Origin: an uncultured Thermoplasmatales archaeon
GTDB taxonomy: Archaea > Thermoplasmatota > Thermoplasmata > Thermoplasmatales > GCA-001856825
DNA: 47,573 nt
NCBI GenBank assembly: GCA_964391105.1
Contig: CAYMKC010000002.1
Span: forward strand, 1-47,573
Direction: 5' to 3'
Position numbers and translations under genes: made by a program. The notes under the pieces are model-generated. The model worked only from the letters and a program-made list of their open reading frames with translations. It did not search any database and was not told the origin of the DNA. Positions 1 through 8,780 of the stretch are shown piece after piece (position 1 is the first letter of the stretch; each line of letters begins with the position of its first letter).

Positions 1-40
1 CAAGATTTGCATGGATTGCTATGACTTTTTATTATAAATC

Positions 41-1105
41 TTATGCGAATAGTATAAAAAAACCTGCGACGGCAGTGACCGCTAGAAACAAGAAAGAGTA
101 TTTGTTGAACTTCAAGAAATTCTTGCCAGAGAGGTTTCTGAGTGCGATTATGTTGGCTAGTGAGGCAACGACAGTTCCGTTCCCACCCACATTAACCCCA
201 TAGGACAGAACTGAGAAAGAAGATGCCTTGCCCAGCAACACTGTCGTTGGAACGTTTGATATGAACTGAGACAGGAAGATGGAGTAGAGATAGGTGGACA
301 CTTCGTTCCCCCCTGTGGGAATTCTGACGAGCAACCTTATTGAATTCATAGCCAAGAAGATGAGTATGAAAACAACTATCAGTACATAATCGACCTTCAC
401 GATCGTCTTGGGTTCGAAAACTACTAGCGAGATCATCGATACCGCAATGACAGCCAAGAAGAGGTAAATCGATGCATTGAGCAGCATCCCAACAATCGAG
501 ACAACAAGTAGTGCAAGGTAAAGGAAAAAATAGTAAAAATGAGGAATCTCAGACGACTCGCTTGGAACGAATTTTTCATCTTTGAACGATAGTGAGAATG
601 CTATTAGCAGTCCCAAGGAAACCAAGAAGATGGGCGTCATAGTTTTCACGAACTGGACGAGATTCAGCGAAAAGAGTCGATACATTATGATGTTCTGTGG
701 GTTCCCGAAGGGCATCAGCATCGAACCAACGTTGGCCGCGATCGCCTGGAAGATTATCACGTCATCCAGGTTCTTGCCGGTAAACTTCCCTATGGCGACG
801 GTGATCGGAATGAGGACCAGGAGCGATACATCGTTGGTGAGGAACATAGCCAAAGCGGTGGTCAGGAGAATGGAAACTATGAGCAGCTTCCTCCTTCCGT
901 TCGTTACCTTCATTATTCTGTAGGCGAGGAAGTTCAGTCCTCCTGAATACATCAGCCCCGTGTTCACGACGATGAGAGACGAGAGTATCGCTATCGTGTT
1001 CCAGTCGACGAGACCAGCAGAATAAATGCTTCTTCTAAGGACGACGATAACCAGATAAACTATTCCAAGAGCGAGAAGCAGAACTCTGTTTACTGTTAAT
1101 TTCAT
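41..1105 (-). CDS. ArsB/NhaD-superfamily anion permease (YbiR/CitMHS-like membrane transporter)
   Basis: 354-aa polytopic hydrophobic ORF. 'MPFGNPQNIIMY' resembles the GNPQN-type motif of ArsB/NhaD permeases. The ATG at 1105 abuts the stop of the upstream ORF at 1106. Confidence 0.55.
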   Translation of the reverse strand: MKLTVNRVLLLALGIVYLVIVVLRRSIYSAGLVDWNTIAILSSLIVVNTGLMYSGGLNFLAYRIMKVTNGRRKLLIVSILLTTALAMFLTNDVSLLVLIPITVAIGKFTGKNLDDVIIFQAIAANVGSMLMPFGNPQNIIMYRLFSLNLVQFVKTMTPIFLVSLGLLIAFSLSFKDEKFVPSESSEIPHFYYFFLYLALLVVSIVGMLLNASIYLFLAVIAVSMISLVVFEPKTIVKVDYVLIVVFILIFLAMNSIRLLVRIPTGGNEVSTYLYSIFLSQFISNVPTTVLLGKASSFSVLSYGVNVGGNGTVVASLANIIALRNLSGKNFLKFNKYSFLFLAVTAVAGFFILFA

Positions 1106-1447
1106 TCAGAGCGTGTTTTTGAGCAGGGTATCAAGCTCAGGTCCTATAGCCTTCAGGATAGACTTGACCATCTCATCCCTGAAAGATTCTGGGATCGAAA
1201 TGAGTCCGAGTTCAGCAACGACCTTGAACATCTTAGCCTGAGCCGCTGCCTCCAGGAGTTTGCCTCTGGTGTATTCCTTGATCGCGTCCTTCATTTCAGA
1301 CTCCATTCTTGGATTCTCCTTCAGTTTTTCCTTGATCCTTTCTTTGATCTCTTCCTTGTACAGTTCCTGAATTGCCTGGACAATTATTTCGTCCGAGATC
1401 ATCAGTTTCTTCGAATCTTCCAAGATGAAGTTATCGTCCTTGGCCAT
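1106..1447 (-). CDS. hypothetical protein (charged, helical, 113 aa)
   Basis: Clean ORF with a lysine/glutamate-rich helical segment (KEEIKERIKEKLKE). No family recognised. Stop/start abutment with the downstream permease suggests one transcript. Confidence 0.45.
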   Translation of the reverse strand: MAKDDNFILEDSKKLMISDEIIVQAIQELYKEEIKERIKEKLKENPRMESEMKDAIKEYTRGKLLEAAAQAKMFKVVAELGLISIPESFRDEMVKSILKAIGPELDTLLKNTL

Positions 1448-1494
1448 AGGATGTTATGCAATCTCCGTATTTTAGTTATCGTCCGTCTGTGAGG

Positions 1495-1893
1495 TCAAAT
1501 GTCTAGCGTTATTTCAATGAGAGGGGGTTTCCGTCTCACCACGAGTCTGTCATAGGTGGCAGCCTTTACGAGAATGGATCCTCGTTCACGCTTACCCAAT
1601 CTCTCTCCCAGACCCTCCCACCTCACACTGTTATCACACACCGTGACCCTTCTTACCCTAATGGCAAGTCCTTGCGATTCAGCACTGTATATCAAGTCGT
1701 TCAACAGCCTAACGACGCAGTTCTCGTCCGAAGTGCACTCAACTACGGACTTGAATGAAAAATCCGAACCAGAGAAAGTGCCATAGACCATCCTCAACAC
1801 ATGGTTCGAGAGTTCGAGTAGCGTGCCTTGAAATGACCTTCCAATCGCCCGGACCCTCACATCCGCTGTATGCTCTATACTCTCTACCGGCAC
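1495..1893 (-). CDS. archease (RtcB tRNA-ligase cofactor family)
   Basis: 132 aa. The N-terminal 'SIEHTADVRVRA' carries the archease EHTAD signature, and the C-terminal 'VKAATYDRL' is also typical of the family. Confidence 0.85.
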   Translation of the reverse strand: MPVESIEHTADVRVRAIGRSFQGTLLELSNHVLRMVYGTFSGSDFSFKSVVECTSDENCVVRLLNDLIYSAESQGLAIRVRRVTVCDNSVRWEGLGERLGKRERGSILVKAATYDRLVVRRKPPLIEITLDI

Positions 1894-1928
1894 AACACAA
1901 AGATAGAAGGGGAAGATAAAACACTATT

Positions 1929-2216
1929 GAGACTTCATCCGAATGTCCCGTATGTGGTGGAAGAGTGAAGCACCCAACCTGGAAGATGTCGAGATGTGAA
2001 AACTGTGGTCGGGACTATGACAGGGACAGGTTCGCCTCACTGGCCATTACCCTGCGTGGACTCGATCTATGCGGAGATCCTTTCCCCGTGAATGCGGTAA
2101 CCTCTTTGCCATCAATGATGGATAAATACCTGTACGTCAGAAGCATGCCAGATGCTCCTGGAGCAGGAAGGACTGAAATGGCATACGCTCCGAACAAAGT
2201 TATGCATGACATTTGA
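1929..2216 (+). mobile_element. tnpB: relic of an IS200/IS605-family tnpB (OrfB): C-terminal zinc-finger/RuvC-III part only
   Basis: In-frame translation gives 'ETSSECPVCGGRVKHPTWKMSRCENCGRDYDRDRFASLAITLRG'. That is CxxC..CxxC followed by DRD..A..I, as at TnpB C-termini. Only ~95 of the expected ~400 codons are present and there is no plausible start. The 5' part is occupied by the archease gene start on the opposite strand. Confidence 0.6.
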
Positions 2217-2257
2217 GAACGGAAGACTCAGGAAGTATGGAAGGAGAAGGAGTATAC

Positions 2258-2602
2258 TCAAGTATTCGTACCGAGACTCGAGTCCTCGTTGGAGTACGTT
2301 TTCCAGACGATCATAGAGATAAAGATCAATCCAATTTACAACAGTGTGAAGATGACCATCATCAGAATCGACGCATTGTTGTATTCGTTCCTGTCTTTTC
2401 CCGCGGCAATCATCCTGGTGTGAGCCGTGTTTATTCCAAGGTCAGATAAGAAGGAAAATACCATACCGAAGGAGAGTGTTAAAGAAAATATGCCGAAGGC
2501 GGAAACGCCAGCATCCCAATGGATCAGGAGATAGGTCCCATATCCTATAGCGAATCCGTAAGAGTTCTGCAAGAGAATCCATGCGGGTCTCGAAGTCTAC
2601 AT
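2258..2602 (-). pseudogene. pseudogenised, truncated paralog of the adjacent MOP/Wzx-type flippase gene
   Basis: The minus-strand reading 'M*TSRPAWILLQNSYGF...GINTAHTRMIAAGKDRNEYNNASILMMVIFTLL*IGLIFISMIVWKT' aligns without gaps to residues 1-~115 of the 513-aa flippase ('METAKPAWILLQNGLGL...GINTAHTRMIALGKDRNEYNNALIFLKIVLTGVYLGVIFLALFAWTT'). The ATG is retained at 2602-2600, codon 2 is TAG, and an in-frame TAA at 2338-2336 replaces Tyr. Homology fades near the tnpB relic. Confidence 0.75.
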
Positions 2603-2682
2603 TATTGAATATTGACCGGTATACTACAAAAAAACCTTTGTTCAAATTGAGAAGCATTCTTTCCAGTAGAAAAGGAGTTGAA

Positions 2683-4224
2683 TCATTCCTCTTTTTTGTT
2701 AATTTCGTCTATCGCATACCTACCGAGTTTCTTGAGATTCACCATGTTCAGTACGTCTACCAGTTCCTCTCTTGTAATTGCCCTTGAGGCGAGCAAGAGT
2801 CCAAGGTAACCAGCCACGTACGCCAGAAACAACCCTATCATGATGGACGCTGGGAGTCTGCTGTAGTTTCGAAGGAGATAAAAGAACAGGCCTCCAAGCA
2901 GCAGAGCGATCAATACGCTTTTCAACGACTCGTATTTCAATGGGATATTTACTTTGAGAACGAGTGCTGTTGAAGATGCAATGAATAGGGCTATACCCGA
3001 AACCAGATAGGCGTATGCGGCTCCATCTACCCCCATCCCTCCAAGGCGTACATCCGCGAGAGTTTTCGGAATTAGTACAATGCTCAGTGCTATCCACGTA
3101 ATGTATCCGATATTGGTAAGCACGGCAGTGACCCTGGTCCTTGCAACAGCATTGAAGTGGGTCCAGAATGGAATGGCCATGGTCCAGAACCACGAACCAA
3201 TAAGCATTATCTGGAGGGGACGGGCAAAGGTAATAAGGGCTGAATTCCAAAGATTGAGCAGGGGAGCCGCGAAGACCGTTGCAAAGACTGTCATCGGGGT
3301 CACAAACAGAGTCAGGTACTTTACGGAGAGACTCAGCGTCTTGCCATAGTCTCCATTGTACGCTATCTGTGAAGTCAGGGAGGGAAGGATGAGTACGGTC
3401 ACAGACATTGTGAAACCGGTCATCATTAGAATCAACCTGTAATCGGTTGCAAAACCACCAGACTGGAAGGATCCGAACGCTATGTAGACAAGAACCTGGG
3501 GTAAGTTTGCCGAAATCGCTGTGGCGATAGAGACGAAGGCCAGCGGGTACGAATACTTCAGGTATCCCTTGATTGTTTCCTTATGGGGCCATTTGAATTT
3601 CCAAGGGATTCCGACCACAAAGCTCAGCACTGCATAAACGACGTAGGAGATCGAATATGAGACTGCAATCAAGAGTGCCATCTCAGGTATTCCTGACCTG
3701 GAGTTTGGAAAGTGGAACAAGTTGAGATACAGCAGCATTACTACCAGAACGAATCTCGAAAGGGACTCCAAAATGGCGGGAAGTGACATCTTGAATGCTT
3801 CCTGCGTTCCTGTGAAATAAGCACGGTTTGCCTGTATGTATGGAAGTCCCAGGAAGTAGGGGATGAGGATTAGAATGCTGGTATAAACGTAGGTAGATTG
3901 AAATTTCTGATGGAGCAGTGTGGTCCAGGCGAAGAGTGCAAGGAAGATTACTCCAAGGTAAACTCCAGTCAGCACTATCTTCAAGAAAATTAGCGCATTG
4001 TTGTACTCGTTTCTATCTTTTCCGAGCGCGATCATCCTCGTATGCGCAGTATTGATACCCATATCAGAAATGAAGGAGAAAACCAGGCCGAAGGAAAGTG
4101 CCGTAGAGAAGATGCCCCACGAACTGACGCCCGCATCTCTGAGTATAAGAAGCATTGTGAGGAATCCCAGTAGCAAGCCCAAGCCATTTTGTAAGAGAAT
4201 CCAGGCAGGTTTGGCGGTTTCCAT
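2683..4224 (-). CDS. MOP-superfamily polysaccharide/oligosaccharide flippase (Wzx/RfbX-like 'polysaccharide biosynthesis protein')
   Basis: 513 aa, about 12-14 predicted TM helices. The layout and N-terminal region are typical of Wzx-like flippases. An A7 run (T7 on the coding strand) lies at 2628-2634, about 50 nt past the stop. Confidence 0.65.
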   Translation of the reverse strand: METAKPAWILLQNGLGLLLGFLTMLLILRDAGVSSWGIFSTALSFGLVFSFISDMGINTAHTRMIALGKDRNEYNNALIFLKIVLTGVYLGVIFLALFAWTTLLHQKFQSTYVYTSILILIPYFLGLPYIQANRAYFTGTQEAFKMSLPAILESLSRFVLVVMLLYLNLFHFPNSRSGIPEMALLIAVSYSISYVVYAVLSFVVGIPWKFKWPHKETIKGYLKYSYPLAFVSIATAISANLPQVLVYIAFGSFQSGGFATDYRLILMMTGFTMSVTVLILPSLTSQIAYNGDYGKTLSLSVKYLTLFVTPMTVFATVFAAPLLNLWNSALITFARPLQIMLIGSWFWTMAIPFWTHFNAVARTRVTAVLTNIGYITWIALSIVLIPKTLADVRLGGMGVDGAAYAYLVSGIALFIASSTALVLKVNIPLKYESLKSVLIALLLGGLFFYLLRNYSRLPASIMIGLFLAYVAGYLGLLLASRAITREELVDVLNMVNLKKLGRYAIDEINKKEE

Positions 4225-4280
4225 CTTCGGGGGCTTAATTTGTGACCGTAGAAAAACCTTGGTATTTCTACTGGGAAATC

Positions 4281-4290
4281 ATTATATTTT
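4281..4290 (+). promoter_or_regulatory. TATA-like box for carS (leaderless-type spacing)
   Basis: 'attatatttt' is centred ~23 nt upstream of the GTG start at 4309. It lies in the 84-nt divergent intergenic region shared with the flippase gene. Confidence 0.35.
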
Positions 4291-4308
4291 GCCACGCTCT
4301 GGCAGAAC

Positions 4309-4854
4309 GTGATTCCTTCGTTCATCTCTTCCCTGATTCTCTTCATCCCGGCGTTCATAGCAAACCCCAGCGCCGTGGTTACTGGAGGAAGGTTCGTGAT
4401 AGATGGCGGAAAGACCTTGAATGGAAAGAGGATACTGGGGGATCACAAGACGTGGTCGGGATTCCTGGGGGGCATATTTGCGGGATCTTTGATAGGGCTG
4501 TTAATTAACTACATCTCCTTGTTTTTCAACGTCAGGGAATTAGTGTTTTCACAGAACTTCGTCTTGGCACTCTCGATGGTGGTCGTGCTTTCCCTCTCCT
4601 CGATGCTGGGGGATCTTTTGGGTTCGTTTGTGAAACGGAGGTTGGGACGGCAACCTGGAGCGGAGTCTCTCATTCTCGATCAGTATCCATTCGCCCTCTT
4701 GGCACTCGTCCTCTTTTACGCGCTGTTCTGGTCACAGGCAATGACGATGTTTTCGTGGGAGGGCATTCTTGCAATACTGATCGTAACTCCCCTGATCCAC
4801 AGGGCAGTCAACATAGTTGGGTACAAGCTGAGGATGAAGGAAGTTCCCTACTGA
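4309..4854 (+). CDS. carS: CDP-archaeol synthase (CarS, DUF46 family)
   Basis: 181-aa membrane ORF. 'FIPAFIANPSAVVTGG..IDGGKTL.GKRILGDHKTWSGFLGG' matches the conserved N-terminal region of archaeal CarS. The start is GTG. Confidence 0.8.
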   Translation: MIPSFISSLILFIPAFIANPSAVVTGGRFVIDGGKTLNGKRILGDHKTWSGFLGGIFAGSLIGLLINYISLFFNVRELVFSQNFVLALSMVVVLSLSSMLGDLLGSFVKRRLGRQPGAESLILDQYPFALLALVLFYALFWSQAMTMFSWEGILAILIVTPLIHRAVNIVGYKLRMKEVPY

Positions 4855-6686
4855 CCAAGAAAGTCGGCAGTGTCAGAAATTACGTCCTTACTAAGGTACA
4901 GGTTGGGTAAACCGTCTTTGAACTTCCTGGCCCTGGAGTCGAGTATCACTGCTACTCCTCTCTCGTCCGGACTCCTAATCAGTCTTCCGATCGCCTGCCT
5001 CATCCTTGTACTGGCCACAGCGTCGTAGGCGTACTCCCATCCCCTCTTGAATTTCATTTCGTAGTAGAGTTCCATTGCCGAGGTCTCGGGGGAAGGAGGT
5101 GGGTAGGGGATGCCCGTTAAGACAGCAACCTCCACCAATTTTCCAGGCAGATCTATCCCCTCTGAAATCCGGCCATTGATAACTGCAAACATATTCCCGC
5201 CGCGAGCCTTGAAGTTAGTTATAAGGGCGACGAACTCTTCGTTGCTCATGCCCTTTCTCTCAAAATATATCCTGCCATCCATCTCTATCTCGAGGAAAGA
5301 CGACAGCTGATCGTATGAGGTGCAGAAAATGACCTTGTTCCTCTTGACCCCCTCGACGATGTCCTTGATGTACCCCTTCATCCTCTCCTTCGACTCGTCT
5401 TTGAGCGTGTACTTTGAGGTGACGTCATCTACGAAAAGCACCTTCAGGTTCCTCTCGAGGTAGCTCGCCTTGATGACCACTTTCTCGGGGTCTCCGAGAC
5501 CAGTTTCATCCATGAATTTGCTGAATGGGGAGATGGTTCCCGACATGAAGAATGACCTGTACGATTTTCCAAAGAACTTGAGCATTTCGAAAGTATCGAG
5601 GTTCATAAGATTGATTCCTGAGGGCTCCTCGTTGTGGGATATCATAACCCTGTATCCCTCATCGTCTTCCATGAGCCTCGACGCGAGAATTGAGGTGTTG
5701 TAGATGTAACTTCTAGGGAGCTTTCCTTCGTTGCCCTTGGACTCCCTGATGGAGAGTCCGAAGTTTGCCATGAGAGCTAGAAGGTTCTTGATGTCAAGCG
5801 AGTTCATCTGGAACGCGTCCATGTATGCCTCAGTGACCTCCTGGGTGGTCACGATTCTGTCGCCCTCTTTCAGGAGGGAGCCCAGAGCCTCGCTTATAGA
5901 ATCCACGAGGTACGAAGCGTTTACCTTGTTGAGCAGGAGGTCTCCATACTCGTCTATCTCCTTGGAGCAGTTCTTGAGAGAGTTGAAGGTGAGTCTTGAG
6001 GAGAGCAGGTTTCTCGTGAGATCAGGGATATTGTGTGCTTCGTCCGCAATGATGATTATGTCCTTCAGATCCGCCTCCATCCATCCCAGGAATCTCTCTC
6101 TTATGAAGGGGTTTAGGAAGAAGGAGTACGAAGTTACTATTATGTTGGCTTGGGTTGCAAGTCTCTTCTGAGCGAAGTACGGACAGAAGTCTTCTCTTCC
6201 GACCTCTAGAAAATCTTCCTGAGACATAATCTCTTTCTTCCAACCGCCGTCATAGTCTGTTTCGTACTGGCATCCACCCTTTCCGGACCTGTGCTTCTCT
6301 ACCAGCAACCTGCAGAAATTGCTCTGTTCCTCTGGATTTCCCTGGGACATCTCTGTTGCCTGTTTCTTGAAGAGGCACATCTCTCCCCTTCCATAGAAGG
6401 TCATGATTTTTGATAGTCCCATCTGATGTGCTTCCCGAAGCAGGTTCTCCCCTTGTGAGTTTGTCCTGGTCAGAAACACTACCCTTCTGTCAGGGAATTT
6501 TGACACGGCGTGGAAGAGGACGGCGATGGTCTTTCCGGAACCGGTTGGACTCTCAAGTATGGTTGACTGCTTTCCGCTGTGTTCCAGTTTCTGAAAAATC
6601 ATCTCCTGCCAGGGGTAGATCTCATATGGGAATCTTGGGGGTTCCTTCAAGAAAGTTCTCCACCTCCCTGACCAAGGGCAGACCAA
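4848..6686 (-). CDS. xpd: XPD/Rad3-family 5'-3' DNA helicase with 4Fe-4S domain
   Basis: Walker A 'ESPTGSGKT' and DEAH box 'IIADEAHNI'. Four Cys (MCLFKK, FCRLL, GGCQYE, FCPYF) lie between them, as in the XPD FeS domain. Motif VI is 'QAIGRLIRS'. The start is uncertain: TTG at 6686 or TTG at 6650, and both overlap the upstream ORF end at 6622. Confidence 0.85.
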   Translation of the reverse strand: MVCPWSGRWRTFLKEPPRFPYEIYPWQEMIFQKLEHSGKQSTILESPTGSGKTIAVLFHAVSKFPDRRVVFLTRTNSQGENLLREAHQMGLSKIMTFYGRGEMCLFKKQATEMSQGNPEEQSNFCRLLVEKHRSGKGGCQYETDYDGGWKKEIMSQEDFLEVGREDFCPYFAQKRLATQANIIVTSYSFFLNPFIRERFLGWMEADLKDIIIIADEAHNIPDLTRNLLSSRLTFNSLKNCSKEIDEYGDLLLNKVNASYLVDSISEALGSLLKEGDRIVTTQEVTEAYMDAFQMNSLDIKNLLALMANFGLSIRESKGNEGKLPRSYIYNTSILASRLMEDDEGYRVMISHNEEPSGINLMNLDTFEMLKFFGKSYRSFFMSGTISPFSKFMDETGLGDPEKVVIKASYLERNLKVLFVDDVTSKYTLKDESKERMKGYIKDIVEGVKRNKVIFCTSYDQLSSFLEIEMDGRIYFERKGMSNEEFVALITNFKARGGNMFAVINGRISEGIDLPGKLVEVAVLTGIPYPPPSPETSAMELYYEMKFKRGWEYAYDAVASTRMRQAIGRLIRSPDERGVAVILDSRARKFKDGLPNLYLSKDVISDTADFLGQ

Positions 6687-7554
6687 AGCTGGCTATCTGA
6701 TTCTCGAGATCGCTCTTGCTTACAGTTGTGGTGAAACGATATGACCCGATGCTGTCCAGTACGTCCTTCGCTTTAACCCCAATGAGCTTGCTCAGGGCGC
6801 CTCCAATCTCCCGTCTCGTCTCCGGCGATGGACCATCTCTGACGTCTCTTAGATACTCTTCCACAAAAGATGCTATCGATCCTCCAGTCTTCCCGCGAAC
6901 GAAGAGGCAACAGCACAGACCCTTCGAAGCGCCAGGCATTCCCTCGTTTATAGAAAGGAAGGGTTCCCATATTTGCGCTGCATCGATCTCTCTCTTCTTG
7001 TACGCCCTTATGATTTCTCCTACACTCTTGTAGTAGACCTGCTCGAAGCCTCCGAACTCTCTCGATTCTTTGTCCATCTTGGAGAGGGGAGTGGTGCCTA
7101 TAGTACCGTGCTCCTTTCTCTTAATGAGCCCTGATCCACCTGACGCAACGCCTGCGACAGGCCGTATGCTCCTGTCAATGAGATTGAAAAAATATCCGGA
7201 TATGAGTGGACTCGCGACCATGTCTTCGGACCCAGTCATTAGCTCCTTCAGTGCTTCCAGACTGTTTTCGTATACCCTTATCCTGTAAGGGATGCTCTTC
7301 TCAAGTTTTCGTAGGGTCGAAACGACGTGGAAATACTCAGAGCTCCGGAGAATACCGATTCTCAGAGTTGTCTCATGGTTGATAGAAACCAGGACGGTTC
7401 TTTCACTCACCCTCTTCCTCGTGATGAGCTTCTGTCGCTCGAGAGACTTCAAGACCTCAGACATCCTTGACCTGGATGCCCTGAGTCTGGACGTCAGCTC
7501 CTTCTGTGTAATCTCCTCTTCGAAGAGTAGCTCAAGTACCTTCTCCCTAAGCAT
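6622..7554 (-). CDS. winged-helix (MarR/TrmB-like) regulator fused to a cytoplasmic NMT1/SsuA/TauA-like solute-binding fold
   Basis: The N-terminus 'ITQKELTSRLRASRSRMSEVLKSLERQKLITRKRV' is a wHTH. The remainder ('RIGILRSSEYFHVV..', '..REIDAAQIWEPFLS') resembles type-2 periplasmic binding proteins of the nitrate/sulfonate/taurine family. There is no signal peptide. Confidence 0.5.
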   Translation of the reverse strand: MLREKVLELLFEEEITQKELTSRLRASRSRMSEVLKSLERQKLITRKRVSERTVLVSINHETTLRIGILRSSEYFHVVSTLRKLEKSIPYRIRVYENSLEALKELMTGSEDMVASPLISGYFFNLIDRSIRPVAGVASGGSGLIKRKEHGTIGTTPLSKMDKESREFGGFEQVYYKSVGEIIRAYKKREIDAAQIWEPFLSINEGMPGASKGLCCCLFVRGKTGGSIASFVEEYLRDVRDGPSPETRREIGGALSKLIGVKAKDVLDSIGSYRFTTTVSKSDLENQIASFGLPLVREVENFLEGTPKIPI

Positions 7555-7559
7555 ACCGG

Positions 7560-8780
7560 TCAGATTTCAAATTCCTCCCCATTCTTGGGCAGTATGATCT
7601 TTGAAGACGTAAGGCTCTTTGCCAGTTCCTCCCTCTTTTCACCGTGCATTAGCACAACCTTGTCGGGTTTGGATCCCTCGATGAACTCTACCAGTTCCTT
7701 GTGCCCGGAATGTGCGGAGAAGTCAAAGAACTTGACGTCCATGTTCACCTTGGTGGCGACGCCCGCAAGATTAATGTTACCCGTTTCGAGGAGCATCCTT
7801 CCGTTGGTCTCTTCCACCTGATATCCAGTCAGGAAGAGACCGTTCTTGGGGTCGTTAAGGTTCGATATGTAGTTCAGGACTGGTCCTCCATCGAGCATTC
7901 CGCTGGTGGTAATTATCACATCTCCGTTCAGCGCCTTCTCCCTGTCGGACTTGTTCCTTACCAGTCTCACCCTTCTAAGCATTTTCTTGTATCTCTGATA
8001 ATTCTTGATGTACTTTGGGAAGCTGAGCAAGACGTTGCAGACAGTCCTGGCCATTCCATCAAGCCAGATCTCATAATCCGTATTCTCCAGTACCATCAGT
8101 AATTCCTGTGCCCTCCCTATAGCGAAGGAGGGAACGACTGCAACTCCCTCGTTCTCCACAACCTGCTGTATCGACGACAGGAAATTCTCTTCAACGCTTG
8201 GTCGCGGTGGATGTTCCTTTCCAGCATACGTGCTCTCGACTACAAGTACGTCAGTACTCAGTGGCTTGATGCCGAAAGTCAGGTGGGTATCTATGCTCTG
8301 GATATCGCCTGTGAAGACGACACTGCTGTCGTTCTGCACGTGGTACATCGAGCTCCCTATTAGGTGACCTGTGGAATGGGACGTGATGTCCTGGTCTTTG
8401 AACTCCATGGTCTCTCCGTAGTTCAGTGGCGTGAACGACTCGATGATGCTGTCCACGTCGTATTCTTCGAACGGTAATTTGTTTCCCTCAAGGTTCGCTA
8501 TCTTCACAGAATCGTAGAGCAGTATTGGTACGACCGATAGGGTCGGAGGAGTTGCGTATACGTTTGCCCCCCCATTCTTGTTGAGCCACGGGAGCATGCC
8601 CACGTGGTCCAGGTGCGAATGCGTTACAAACACACCGTCTACCTTTGGCGCAAGCGCCGGAAACGTGGGCGGTTTGGTAGGATTCATTCCGTAATCAAAG
8701 AGGAACTTGTACCTGTCAGTCGACAGCACCATCCCTAGCCTCCCGACCTCGTCTCCGCCACCAAGGAACCGGGCCTTCAT
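7560..8780 (-). CDS. beta-CASP metallo-beta-lactamase-fold ribonuclease (aCPSF2-like, no KH domains)
   Basis: 'VFVTHSHLDHVG' is the HxHxDH motif, and the ~406-aa size and beta-CASP-like C-terminal half fit the family. I place the start at ATG 8780 ('MKARFLGGGDEVGR'), which forms an ATGA overlap with the mtnP stop. The track's 8816 start is a 5' over-extension. Confidence 0.75.
   Translation of the reverse strand: MKARFLGGGDEVGRLGMVLSTDRYKFLFDYGMNPTKPPTFPALAPKVDGVFVTHSHLDHVGMLPWLNKNGGANVYATPPTLSVVPILLYDSVKIANLEGNKLPFEEYDVDSIIESFTPLNYGETMEFKDQDITSHSTGHLIGSSMYHVQNDSSVVFTGDIQSIDTHLTFGIKPLSTDVLVVESTYAGKEHPPRPSVEENFLSSIQQVVENEGVAVVPSFAIGRAQELLMVLENTDYEIWLDGMARTVCNVLLSFPKYIKNYQRYKKMLRRVRLVRNKSDREKALNGDVIITTSGMLDGGPVLNYISNLNDPKNGLFLTGYQVEETNGRMLLETGNINLAGVATKVNMDVKFFDFSAHSGHKELVEFIEGSKPDKVVLMHGEKREELAKSLTSSKIILPKNGEEFEI

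Noticed and set aside
1965-2216. 83-aa ORF listed in the track as a possible gene
   Set aside because: It is better explained as the tail of a decayed tnpB. Homology continues upstream of the nominal GTG start, and the catalytic N-terminal ~300 residues are missing.
2720-3250. 176-aa ORF overlapping the flippase gene in another frame, plus similar shadow ORFs at 582-923, 10686-11075, 24551-25069 and 30222-30743
   Set aside because: All are nested in longer ORFs with coherent membrane-protein or enzyme signatures. Their compositions are atypical for real proteins.
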